Of a DNA stretch of 64,000 bases, positions 27,201-39,600 are shown piece after piece. Source of the DNA: Azolla caroliniana. Its lineage: Eukaryota > Plantae > Polypodiophyta. The position numbers were made by a program, and so were the translations under genes. The stretch lies in assembly GCA_043228905.1 (NCBI GenBank), contig JBHGNT010000003.1, positions 23,436,001 through 23,500,000 of the forward strand, read 5' to 3'. Numbering within the stretch: the stretch's first letter is position 1; each line of letters opens with the position of its first letter. Under the pieces are notes generated by a model. That model was given only the letters and a program-made list of their open reading frames with translations. It was not told the origin of the DNA and searched no databases.

Positions 27201-29055
27201 GAGAGAGAAGCTTGGTGGCGGCGGGAAACGGGACCCGACTACGCGGACGACACAAGGAGAGTCCGGGAGGGACTCAAACAAAAGACACCCTAGTTTCGGC
27301 AAGCATAGAAACAGATTCCGGTCCTATGGGACCCTCACACCGATCCGGAGACTCCGGTAGTTCGGCCAACGTGGAAACGTGAGACCGAGGGAGAAGGACG
27401 GTGGCGGCAGGGAACGGGACCCGACGACATGAGGTATCGGAAGGAGCCGGTAGGGGTGAACACGGGGAGGTGTGTCAAGCCGGAAAGGCACACCTTGGAC
27501 AGAACAAGAGTCTCGCAAGTGGCCATCGCGGGCCGGATCGAAGCGTGACTACGGGACGGTGTTCGGCACGGATGGGCCGAACGAAGGAAGTGGAAGACTC
27601 AGGACCTATTGCGGCAGCACGAAGACGGGGAGGGCCAAGCGGGCTACTACGGGGTGTTCCTCGGATGCAAAGGACACCGGTATGCGGGTGAGCGGCGATG
27701 CACGATCTGCCCGGGAAAGGGGCCGACGAGGCGTGCAATGAACCGGAGTATGGCACAGGCGGTGCCAAACAACAGACGAGGGTATGTGGCACACGGAGGT
27801 GCCGGAGCGGAAAGGCGAGCGCGGAGATAGGTTGCACAGTTCGGAGGTATTGCGGAGAAGACCGGAAAGGGATCCTCCACACCGTTCCGGAGACCATGGC
27901 GGTTCGAGCCGACGTGGCGATGTAAGACCATGGAGAAGGAAGGTGGCGGCGAAAGGACGAAGACAACTCGAAACAACATCAGGACATCACGGTTGGTCAA
28001 CGGGGGCCAAGCGGGCCACTACGGGCATGCCTCAAGCGGAGGACATCGGGCCTACGGCGGGAAGCGGGCCAACGGAAGTACGCGTACTATGGAGATCGCG
28101 GCAGAGGACCCATCGACGGGTCCAACGATCCTACGGGGAGGCGAGCGCGAAGGAAGACTCGGAGCCGACGGATCAAACCGGCAGCGAGCTGAGATGCGGA
28201 TCACGGGAGACCGGTTTCTCACGGGAGACCCTTCAACCAGATTTGGCACGTACTGGTGGACGTGCAGTTAGGTGGGGGCGGATGTCGTGAAGAATTTCGG
28301 CCAGAGGCGGAAACCGGGAAACATTGGCTACATCGGCGGGGTGCAGCGTGTGTACGCACCCATGTACATTTAGTGTGAATATCGAGGGCGCCTTTATGGC
28401 ACCGAAGAGTAGTCAGGACCAGGTAGACGATCCCATGGAAGGCGGGATTTGTCCCACATTGTAACGCATCCCCTTCCTTGTTCTATAAAAGGAAGGGAAC
28501 GCCCTTTGGAAAAAGGGTTGCCCATTTTGCAGTAGAGGGTATACCGTTAGGTTTAGAGTTAGGTTCTTCTTCTTCTCCTTCTTCGTGTTTCACTTAGGGT
28601 TTGCTTTGGGTCGGCCTCCTGTGCAAGACCCCGCTCGGCGTGACGAGCTGAGAGCTCCCCGACGGCGGCTTGGCAGCAGACGACTACTGTAACCGACCTC
28701 AGTCCGGCTCGAAGCCGGGAATGTATTCTTCGTATATATATACATACATATACGTTTATGTTTGTCTGTGTATATTCGCGTCGTCGTTGGCGTCGGGTGC
28801 TTACCCTCTCCTGCGTTTTCTGTACATAAGGCGTGAGTCGGGTTGAGCTGCGCGTGCGTGCGTGTGTGTGTGTGCGTGAGTCGGTGTTAAGCACACACAC
28901 ACACACACTCTCTCTCTCTCTCCCTTCGGTTGCTTCCGGTGTGTTTCTGGGATGCCCCAGAAACAGTGAAGCACGACTCCCTACGCTCCATCACTCTCTC
29001 GTCCAAGACCCCCGTGGTCCCGCCTTTCTCCACGCACGCGCGTAACAACGCGACA
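24245..29055 (+). mobile_element. Nested non-autonomous gag-only (TR-GAG-like) LTR retrotransposon. LTRs at 24245-25015 and 28283-29055.
   Basis: Two highly similar LTRs of about 770 bp (TGTCG...CGACA), PBS TGGTGAACCCGACGTGA, PPT AGGTGGGGGCGGA, flanks CTGC/CCGC. No PR, RT or INT motifs in the 3.3-kb interior. Confidence 0.92.
25053..26492 (+). CDS. Gag-like protein (479 aa) of the nested element
   Basis: Aligns by eye with host gag: GRFNGDKVPSYLEAFNAEM..MHAEVKEL..SWEAFEEALLKAYG versus SRFGVKDATSYLVAYRAEM..IHAEVLEV..TWGEFEARLLERYG, and VLLFVRSID versus VLLFVKSVD. Confidence 0.85.
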   Translation: MESEDDDLAEMVAEVVLESARVVMRREAAQQAVERVVERVGRFNGDKVPSYLEAFNAEMEGRGVDEALRLEFFCRVVAVRMHAEVKELREAHGSWEAFEEALLKAYGGRRKSRGRHDFDQWVASAKTHRGTTKAFREFERHLARLPEREQGLVGADKVLLFVRSIDRAEREAIGIELEDDDGANGLTEDWAKVESVCQRLVNERAEKAKRKVHDGVPSQREEAERKRELARIGVGARIAEAYPALKAMLEEEGRSRPEAKTKETDLPHATTEDWYDGTTGEGAEHNALSTCGDRTAKDEAEIPIAEPERWDQRFRVCQPEIPVIGEASPDGACAIGKKTTADHGEPVATNKSVKRTGDSLCLPTLAHETLAVGPECPRKSQAEEGGGDGPRITGETIRGRNRRKPTDPIPENSAFGPVCPCKTEEMDGGTEESWHDANEVGWETACEEAEDGHGTRGSAFRCGWSRIRSWIVRSGPDSA

Positions 29056-32000
29056 CCGCGATAGTCCGGACACCCCGGAGGATCCCCACACCTATACCAT
29101 AGTTAGGAAATATGGGTTTTCTGATAACGGAGGTTGTACGGTAGCCGACATTGCTGGCCGGGAGAGGAAGCAGATAGAGGAACGACTCAAGACATGCGGA
29201 GTCCTCGATCCCGATGAGGAAATTAGTGGCACTGTGGAGGCGGTCTCTTTCAACGACACCCTCGGGGAAATCGGGAGGGTGATCAAAGAAGGCCTTAGTG
29301 AAGACCGGATGATTCTAGTTACCTTGATGGGAATGTACGAAGTCATCGCCGACTTGGGGGAAAGGGTCAAGTCGGATCGGACGGCCTGCGTGCATACGAG
29401 GTACAAGATTGTGGACCGGAAAGTGAGGCCAGTCGCGGCACCCTTGCCGGAGGGCAGCGGGTTATGGATGAAAGGGGTCGCGTTGGACCCAAGTCTACGG
29501 GATCCAGCCGACATAGGACACCTGTTCACCAACACAGCGCTACGGGAGCTCAAGGTTGGTGGGGGTGGCTTCCTACTACCGGCGGAGGAGGAGAAGTTTC
29601 GGGGAATGCTCGGAAGGCAGGGGAAGGCTTTCGCGTTCGCGCCGGGGGAGATCGGGTGCGTGGACCCAATAATCGTGGAACCAATGGTAATCTTCACGGT
29701 ACCGCATGTGCCATGGAATCTCAAGGAAATTCCGGTACCTAGAGATCACATCCCGAAATTAGTGAAGCTGCTGAAACAAAAGGTGGAGATGGGCATCCTC
29801 GAGCTGTCGAGTGCCCCATATTTGAATTGGTGATTTACAGTGCCAAAGAAGAACGGCACGTTGCGCTTCATTCAGGACCTACAACCGGTCAATAAGGTGA
29901 CCATTCGAAATGCAGGTATCGGGACGACCATTGACGAGTTTGCAGAGGCCTTCGCCGGAAGGTCAATATACTCGGTCGGGGATCTATACTCAGGGTACAA
30001 CCAGTTCCAACTAGCCGAGGAGAGCAGGGATGTCACGATGATGCGAACACCTCTCGGCTTGGTGCGGATGTGTACTCTACCGCAGGGAGGGACAAACTTA
30101 GTGGCGCACATGGTGAATGCGATGAACAAGGTGCTGAGGGACTACATCCCGGACATCACCATGCCATTTTTGGACGATATACCGATAAAGGGGTGCCCGG
30201 TGGAGGAGAAGGATGAAAACGGTTGGGCCGGATGGATGCCGGCGGTTCGTGGCAAACCACATCGACGACTGTGAGAAGGTGTTACAGAGGCTTGAAAGGG
30301 AGAGGCTCACCTTCTCTGGAGAGAAGTCGGCATTTGGACAGTCAGAGATCCTAGTAGTCGGGCACATGTGCGGGCCCTACGGCCGGAAACCATCTCCGGC
30401 AAAGGTAGAGGCAATCTCCGTCATGAAGGAAGAATGCAAGTCAGTAACGGAGGTGCGGAGGTTCCTAGGAGCATGTGTGTTTTATCACATCTGGATTCCG
30501 CATTACGCGCATATAGCAGAGCCACTTTACGGCTTGTTAAAAAGGGGGCGTAAGTTCGAGTGGGGGACAGAGCATGTAGAATCGGTGTAGAGGTTGAAAT
30601 ACGCACTTATCACGGCGCCATCACTCCAGAAAGCGGTTTACAGCACTCGGGGATAGGATGGGTGATCAGTCAGGAAGATGAAGATGGTACGAGGTTCCCA
30701 ATCCGGTTTGGGGCAAAGGTACTTAGCAAGCGGCAGCGAGGATACTCCCATGTTAAGCGCGAACTCTAGGGAATCGTTTCGGCAGTCAAGGCCAACAAAG
30801 ACTATCTAATTGGGATGGAGGTGGTAATTGAGACGGATTGCCTGCCGATCCTCGGTATGGTTTCCGAATGCGCGACTCTGGACCTAGCGATGCTCAAGTG
30901 GATCGACTACATAAAGTCCTTGAATCCGGAGATACGACACATATCCGGAAAGGACAATGCCATGGTGAATATGCTTTCCAGAGTGAGGTTTGACGATGAA
31001 GACAGAATGGTTTCGGAAGACGAAGAGGTCGGCGTGGACTTCTTCGAGTCAGCACACGTGACAACAAGGGCAGAGAGCACTCCGGCGCTAAGCGATTTCA
31101 ACGAGAGAGAGTATGTTGGGGAGTGGCTCCAGATTGGAAGATTCCTCAGGACGATGACGCCGGATACCGCGTGGACGAGAGATGAAGCTAACCGGATCCG
31201 GAGGAAAGCTTACCGATTCTTCCTCCGGAATGGGAGCATTTGGAGGCATCCAAAGAAACGAGCCAACGCCCCACTACGTGTAGTGGCAAGGAAAGAGGAG
31301 CAGGAGGTGTTGCTTGCGGCGTACCACAAGAGTCCCTGGGCCGGGCACCGCGGGACTTGGGCCACCTTCGAGAAGCTAAAGGAGAAGTATTGGTGGCCGA
31401 GGTTGTACCAGGATGTGCACCGATTTGTGACAACGTGCGAAAGCTGCCAGATGCACTCCGCAATCCGGCATCGGGATGAGCTACACCCGACCTACTCGCC
31501 AACCGTCCATTTCAAGTGGATGGTGGACTTAGTAACGATGCCGATGGGAGTAGGGCAGATGCGGTACCCAGTGCTGGCGCAGGAGGATTTGACGAACCAG
31601 CTGGAGGGTCGCGCACTACAAAACAAGACGATTGCGGCAGTCTGCCGATTCCTGATCGTAGAGGTAGTATGCTAGTACGGGTGTAGAGGGAAGATTGTAG
31701 TGGACTATGGAGAACTGGATGCACAGAAGGTCGAAGAGCTATTTGAACGGTTAGGGGGTTAAACTCTCGCTCACTACAGCGTACAATCCGAAGGCAAACG
31801 GGAAGGTGGAACGTGGACACGGGCAATCGTAAAGGCGTTGGTACGGGCATGCAGAGGCCAAGTCGGGAATTGGCCGTGGCTCCTACCCTACGCACTATGG
31901 GCAGACCGGACGACGCATAGTTCAGTGACCGGGTACATGTCGGCAAAGCTAATGTACGGGCAGAAACTGGTCATGCAGGTGGAACGAACAATTTCCTCCT

Positions 32001-32921
32001 GGGCGGCGATAGACTGGAGGAAGGAGATGAGTCGGGAAGAGCTGTTGGCAACGCGGATTCGACAGCTCGAGCGAAGACCGGAGGACGTGGAACGAGCAAA
32101 GGCGAAGCTGCAAACGGCGAGGGAGAGGAACAAAGGCTGGTTTGACCGGACACACCAGCTACGATCAAAGAAGATCAAAGAAGGCAACTGCGTGCTGGTG
32201 TACGACAGCGGCCTCGAGAACCAGCACAAGGCGACGCGCAAATTCGTGAAGAGGTGGTTCGGGCCCTATGCCGTAACGAGCGCGAACGACAATGGCACCT
32301 ACCAACTTGCGGAGCTCGACGGGACGTGGTTAATAGTACCGGTAGCCGGGAAGCGGATCAAGGCGTTCAAGAAGCGGCACGAGGAGCAGCCGAACCCGGG
32401 GACCGGGGACGACGAGGATGACCGGTTCGGAGCGGGTGGCGAACTGGAGAGCGGAAGATAATCATGGGCCGGTCTTCTCCAGCAGAAGTCCTTCTGGCGC
32501 ATACCGGAGGATGCGTGGTTAGGTGGGGGTGGATGTCGTGGAGAAAACCGTCCCTAGGAGGTATCGGCGGATGGTGTGCGTGAATTGGCCTTACACACGG
32601 GCACATGTTTTGATATATTACATACATATTTAAGTACAGGCCGATGATGTAATTATCCTAGGTAGCACTAGCTCATTAAGTAAGGAATCGAAGAGGATCT
32701 CTGTCGGAAAGGACAGAGAATAACAATGATTTAACAGTCTGAAAACGGCTCTCTCTCCTTGTGCTATAAAAAAGAGGGGGAGGGCATGGTAGAGAGGACG
32801 AAGTGCTATCGGATTGGGAACCGAGCTCTCTCCTCCACCATAGTTGTTGCAGGGATTTTGCATTCATACATAGACATACAAAACACACACAGAGGAAGAA
32901 AAAACACGACACATAAAAAAC

Positions 32922-32956
<35 letters not shown>

Positions 32957-33049
32957 TAAACATATAACTTTTTCCTGTCTTTAGCTCTAAGTCAAGATAC
33001 TAATGAAGGAATTTGTTGTAGCCACACCCATATACTTAGTCTCCTTCCA

Positions 33050-33570
33050 AACATTGCTTCCATCAAATCTACCAACAAAGACCCCTTCACTTCATATTTC
33101 TTGACGAGTTCCAAAGTGGCTTCTGGGAAACCTTGATTTGTAAATCCATTAATTTTGACAATATTTCATTTTTTCATGCAATGTGGAAAATGTATCATGC
33201 TCCCCATGATTGTATTGCAGAACCAATTGGGATTAAGAACGATGTGTCCTTAATTCTGTACATATATGATGATCCCTGACTCATTCAAAGACAAGGTGAT
33301 TCCTTCGAATATGTTATCTTCATGGTCATTCAGAATGAACTGTACACTCTTGCAGATGTCCCTAAACATTGACCTCGTAATGATTCGTTGGTTTGATGTC
33401 ATTAAATGTTGTGATAGATGTACGCTTACCTGTGTGCAAATGTGGTAAACCATAACATCTTGGAGCATTCCCTCAACAATGACAAAGATATGTTGGGAAA
33501 GACTTTTGACTGAACCTCTCTTCCTTGCATCCACTTCGAAAGTGGTGTCTTCTTTGACAATGACCTCTTT
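33050..33570 (-). pseudogene. ROCO/TRN1-like gene fragment (end of Roc plus start of COR)
   Basis: FEVDARKRGSVKSLSQHIF..QDVMVYHICTQVS..LSLNESGIIIYVQN*GHIVLNPNWFCNTIMGS..LLVDLMEAM. Colinear with 44260-44780, with in-frame stops. Confidence 0.9.
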
Positions 33571-33571
33571 G

Positions 33572-33838
33572 TGTTAGATTGTAAAATAAAGAGTAATATC
33601 AGTAGCAAAACAATACATATTATTATAAATAAAGTAAGAAATAATTATTGCTAAAACACCCCTCTTTTAGAAAACCTTTTTGTAACTACTCTCCTCTTAT
33701 ATATACACATTGTAACCACTATTCATCTAGTGTGAGAAATACAATTGTTGCTTTCTTGATCTCGTTATCTCTCTCCCTCCCTATTATGTTCTTCTTATCT
33801 CTTGTGTTATTGCTTGATTTCTTACATGGTATTAGAGC
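33572..33838 (+). mobile_element. Short LTR (33572-33826) followed by a tRNA-iMet-type PBS, abutting the ROCO fragment
   Basis: TGTTAG...CTTACA followed directly by TGGTATTAGAGC. The interior decays shortly after. Confidence 0.7.
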
Positions 33839-35690
33839 AAAATTAGAGAGATCAATCAAAACATAAAACATTTTGTTCTTGGATTGATCCAAACGATCTA
33901 AGCAAGATGGAGTTTGAAGAAGAATAAAAAAATCTATCCACATCCACATCAAACAATCACCATCTTGCAAATCCATCAAGTATGGTAAGAAAAGATGTAG
34001 TTGAGAAACTAACTACTCACAATTACGTAATGTAGTTTGAGAAAATATTTTCCATAATCGTTGTCTCGGTGTCCAACGTTAAGGTACATTTCTCTTTCTA
34101 CTTCTTCTCTACCTCCTTTTTTACTTCTGAGGTCTTCACACTCTTCATCACCACCAAGCTCATTATACTTTGACAACTTTGTGAAGGGATGTGACTAGCT
34201 CGCATTTCAATGGACCATGGGGTAGCCTAATAACACTACTCTATCACTGAGGCGTCGTTGCCATTGGTAGTAGTTGTGGTCTCGACGACCCACTCGAATC
34301 ACCTTCATAGAAAGCTCGAAATAGTCCCATTCATTCTTATTATTCCATACCATTGGGCTTTAATCCTTTTAAAAGCCATCATACTCATGGCCCGTCATTT
34401 GATATTATTATTTTTATGTAAGAAAAGAATGCTTCTCTATAAAATCTATTATTCAAGCCATTAACGTGTAGTATTGTTAGATAAATGCACAAGTGCTAAT
34501 TATTTATGTACTAATTATCCTTCACCATTGTGTGTGAGTGCATGAAGTAGAGGGGGTTTAAGTGGTTGTCGAGAGGGAGCCTTGCCACTTTTTGTTAACT
34601 ATGGGAATGTTCATCTCACTCTCTTTATTTGCCTCATTGACTTGTGTCCTTTCTTTGTGTTCAAACTTTCTTATCCTTCATTTGCGTTTGAGCATTCCCA
34701 TTCTTTGTTGGTGTTCAAACTTTCTTGTCATTCATTCACGTTTGAGGATTCCCGTTCTTTGTTTGTGTCCAAACACTCATGTCTTTGTTTGCATCCCTCA
34801 AACATCTACGTCCTTCGTGTGGTCCAGATGTTCATGTTGTTCTGAAATCTTCTCTTTGCCTCAATCATTTTTCACCAATTATATATAAAGGGGATTCACC
34901 CATGGAGATTCAATGCGGTCTGAAGAATCTCCTATCACATCACCCTTGGTTCAAGACCCCTGTGGTCCTCCTTAAGTAGCACAAGATGTTGAAACTTGGC
35001 ATTCGTCGCACAATGGTGTGTCGAGCAATGCATGTGTATTGCGTTAGCACAACGACCCAATTTGTTGTAGTGATAATTTCCTTTGTGACTTGAGGGGCAC
35101 CACAAGCCGTACGGAATTGTATTAGTAATGCCATTGAAATTAACTACAAGTAAAAGTCTACTCTATATTACTCAATCCATTGTAGATCAGGGTCCCGTTC
35201 TCTCTTTCTTCTTTTTTATTATGTAGGTTGTCATGAAATGGTGGATAACACTTGATCCTTTCATGCAATCTGAACACCAAACATGGTAGCTCATTCTCAT
35301 TAAACATATCGAAGACATAACGCCATCATACTAATCATGAAACAAAAACTCGGAGTCTTGTCATTCCTCATTATGTAATGGAAGATGGAGAATGAAAACC
35401 ATTGACATTACTTAACAAACATTTAACCGCTGTTTGTAAGGTCTAGAATTGCGTAAGTTTCTAGCTAGCTAAATAGCAATTGATAAAAGAATCTTGTGAT
35501 TGGTGATGAATGGGAGCAGTGTTTTCCATAGACGATGATAGAAAGAGACATTTGTAGGATGGTTCTTAGGAGTCCCCCTATCGTCACTTGCATGTGAAAG
35601 AGGGCCATCTCTCTCTGTCTCTCTCACAAAATTTTAATAATGCTATTGAGGTTTGTAGTTATCCACGGAGGCCAATTCAATTCTGAAGAG

Positions 35691-35757
<67 letters not shown>

Positions 35758-36685
35758 TTGTTTTAAGGGTCGGAAGGATAGGAAGAGTAGAAGAATTGGA
35801 CCATTGAGAGCTCAACATGATGGCAATAAATGTGCAAAGAAAGCATGTTTTCTATCATATTATGTGGGTTCATATCCGTAAGGTTTCATTTTCTTTCTGC
35901 ACTGGTAATGAGGTTTGTTTCAAAAATTGAAGCTCAAAAAGCACAATAAATAATCTTGAGAGTTTCTGATTCCTCCAATACAGGAGTTGACCTGGAGTTA
36001 TATAATCATATGATTGACAGACAATGTGACAGACAAACTTACCTACATTACATGTCCAAGATGCTGAAAAGGACTACCAATAATCAGTAGATGTAACGAG
36101 CCTTTGACTGCCATTTTCTGATAATTCCAGCTTTAATGGCGGGACTGCATACAGCGTTGAAACCTTTAATACACTCAAAATAATTCCCAAGCTTATCCCA
36201 AACAACAAATATTACCGTCCAAACACTTTGGACTGAGTCCATGTAGACCTAGTCCCAGCTACTTGCATCAATAATTATGCGTTGGAGGCCCAATCTGGGT
36301 CCTTCCATATTAATTATGTGCGTATTTGATATACATTAAATCTTTCCATGTATTCTCTTATTTAAGCCTAATGTACTAATTAGGCTATTAGCGTAAATCA
36401 AAATAGATTTACATTAGTGCTGTGATTGCATTGCAGTCATGCTACTTCAGAGCTCATCAGTCAGAATTTATTGCAACAAATTAATGCCATACTCTGCTTA
36501 TTCCATTAATCCTCTGCACGGATGCCTGGATTAATTGCCTGGAAGCTAATCTGATTGATTAGTTTACCTTATTTTGCATATATACTTGATCACTACTCGA
36601 TCCAGAAACTGCCGAATTGAATTATATCTGCCAGTGAATTATCGCTCCTGCTTTTGGTGGACTTTCTTCTGCAGCAGTTTGAGAA

Positions 36686-39600
36686 ATGGCTAATCATTCA
36701 GAATCCACATGCAACGGCAATATTAAGAATGAAGTGGCCGCGGCCGCGCCCAAGCAGCAGATCAACCTTCCCCCACCTCACCGCTACATCACTGTGTGCT
36801 GGGATTCTAATTATCTGAAGGAAGCCTGTGAGAAATCTAGAGCAGCTCTGAATGGTATGAAGAGGAGGTCCAGAGGAGGAGATCATCATGGGACACATCA
36901 GTTCTCTCATCTGATGGATGCCATGGAAGTAGAGAACCTCTTCCTCATCGGTAGCAAGAGAGTGGAGTATGTAATCCAGCTAGATTATGCATCCATGGGG
37001 AGAGAATGGGAATGGGGGAGCAGAGACATAATGCTGGATTTAGGGGCGGGTGGATGTCCCAGGCGGCAACAAAGACTGGAGTACCTCCTGGAAGCCGCCA
37101 AATTTAGCCGGGGAGCCGTTTACCTGCTGAATCTGGGCCTCAGTGAAGACGAGAAGTCGGCTTGGCTGGAGTCCATTCTCTCTGTCTCTTCTGCTGCAGA
37201 TGGAGATGGAGATGGGGATGGAGATGAAGCGGGTCCCAAGAGCCTGCTCATCACCAACTATGCTGAAAAGATTGATGATCTTTTGAAAGCACTCCAGAGA
37301 AGCAAGGGCCTTCACCATCTGTCTCTGCAGTTCTGCCACATGACTGATGAATGCGTGCAGGTGTTGAGTGGCCTCAGATCCCTCAGATCCCTCCATCTTT
37401 ACCGTGCCTATGTATCTCCCCAGTTTGTTACGACATTGGCGGGCCTTCATGCCTCACCCCTGGCTGCCTCTCTCCAAACACTGTCTATCCAGGAAACCCT
37501 ATTACTGTTAAATGACGGTGGTGTTTTCCTGAAGCGATGGCTGCACCTCAAAGAGCTTACCCTAATACAAGACGAAGGAAGTATCGCAGAAGAAGCTCTA
37601 CTGGAATGCATGGATGCCCTATCCCAATCAATGAAAGACAGCACCTCGCCTGAACCTCGATTTTACAGCCTATCTCTGGGGCCATTCCATGATTCTAAAG
37701 TGGTCTCAAGCCGAAGCACTGTAGCTGCTATGGTGGATGCACTCTCTCGGTCCGGCCTTCCATTCCTGGAGCTGGTGGGCGTAACTTCCATGGATCCTGC
37801 TGTTAAAGCCCAGATTTTAAGGAACCAGCGCCAATTCACGCTGGGAGCTCTTGAGAAAGTGAAGGCAACATCCATGCGACTGTTCATCTGCGGAGATCCA
37901 TATGCAGGCAATTTCTTTTCCCCTCAAACCCTAAATTAAACTTATCTTAGTCTAACCGAAATACTAACCTAACATTCGTTGATTATACTGTGGTTCAGGG
38001 AAGACAACTCTTCTATCCACCATGCATTCCATCCATGCTCGAAAGAGACATAAGCTGAGAAGGTTCCTGACCTATTTGCATATCTTGCAGAATCGCACAC
38101 AAGGAATCGAAGTCAGATCCATCACGAAAGATGGGATTCGATTGTCTCTGTGGGACATGGCAGGTCAACAAGAATTCCATGCATTCCATGATTGTATGTT
38201 CCCAGACACAGGAGCAAGCATTTATCAGACTCCATCCATGTTCATGTTCGTGTGGAGTCCTATACGCAGCCACTCCAATGGAAGAAGATATGGAAGTGTG
38301 AAAACAGCCGAAGAATTTAAAGAGAGCTTCGGGTATTGGCTTAAGTTTCTTGCCTCCAAACGCCGTCAATCCAACACTACCCTTAAAGTGATCGTGGTGT
38401 TCACGCGGGCAGATCAGATGGAATTACTCCCGAGTGCTCTCTCAACTTCAATTACTTCACTCCGATCACAATTCAAAGACGTCATTGAAATTGTCGACCC
38501 CGTCTTTGAGGTGGATGCAAGGAAGAAGGATGGACCTGTGAAAGACGTCCTAGAATGCATTTTTGAAATTGCGAAACAGATTCTCCAAGGTGTTGAGGTG
38601 TACGACATTTGTACACAAGTGAGTGAACATCTATCAAAGTATTCGAAGATGACGAAGCAACGAATCATTACATGGTCCGAGTTCAGCAATATTTGCATAC
38701 GTCAATTTCCTGTTCTCGATGATGAAGCTCGACTAGAGGCAATTGCCTTGACTTTGAATGATTCGGGGGTTATCATTTATGTAAACAATGTTGCAAGCAT
38801 TGTTCTTGATCCCAATTGGTTCTGTAGTCAGATTATAGGCAGTCTCATTCATTTTGCTGAATCTACATCGTCTAAGAGGACGATGAAAATTCAAGGATTC
38901 GCAGATCGAGTTTTCTTGGAGGATAAACTTGAATCTATTATCAGATCGGATGCAAAAGGGTCACTATTGGTAGATTTGATGGAAGCAATGCACCTCTGTT
39001 GTAAGGTTTCAACAAGCAATGGGGATCGTCTTTTTATCCCAGCCACGCTGACAAATACCAAAGAGATACTAGTGGGTTTTGAACAACTCCAATGGAAATC
39101 CACCGGCAATGATGCTGCTTATACCTACATGGGTAGAAGGCTAGAATGTGAAAACAAAGAACTCAATTTTCTTACACCAGGTTTGTTTCCAAGGATTCAG
39201 GTCCTATTAAACAATGCATTCCGAGAGGTTCACGCTGACGTGACACTCGGAAAAGATTTCATACATATTTGCATGTCACCCATAGAGCTAATCGTTGTGT
39301 TTTGTAAAGCAAAAGTAGATAATGTAATAGATGTGTTAGTTCGGGCGTCAACCAAAAGTCCAGATACCATGTCCATTACCTTAGATTATATGGAAAAGCA
39401 CATTATCAGCAGTTTGATTGAAGTATGTGCCCAACCTAGTGGAATACAAGGAGTCAAGCTGATCGAAAGTGTCATCAAGCCCGAATCTTTGCACGACCCA
39501 TCAATGGCGCGAAATAGAGAAGATCAATGCATAGAAATGAACTACTTGAAACAAATGCTGAGAAAACATCTTGAGCAAGGCCGTATAATTCCGCAAAATC

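Larger units (their letters stand above)
21461..32860 (+). mobile_element. Decayed non-chromoviral Ty3/Gypsy element. 5' LTR 21461-22063, truncated 3' LTR 32534-32860, tRNA-Trp-type PBS.
   Basis: Matching LTR starts TGTC(A/G)TGGAGAAAAC. PBS TGGTGAACCCAACGTGA at 22068. gag (22109-23005, CMWCDAVGH), protease VALIDHGLEIN, RT LRFIQDLQPVN..PFLDDIPIKG, RH ETDCLP, INT GHRG..YWWP..CESC, WFGPY. PPT AGGTGGGGGTGGA. Many stops and frameshifts. Confidence 0.93.

Noticed and set aside
21557-32963. Numerous overlapping ORFs on both strands
   Set aside because: Shadow ORFs of GC-rich Gypsy sequence and LTRs. Only the gag/pol frames carry recognisable motifs.
36430-36560. Weak similarity to 45900-45985 suggesting a shared ROCO promoter
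   Set aside because: The match is patchy, AT-rich and in the wrong relative orientation for the two genes.
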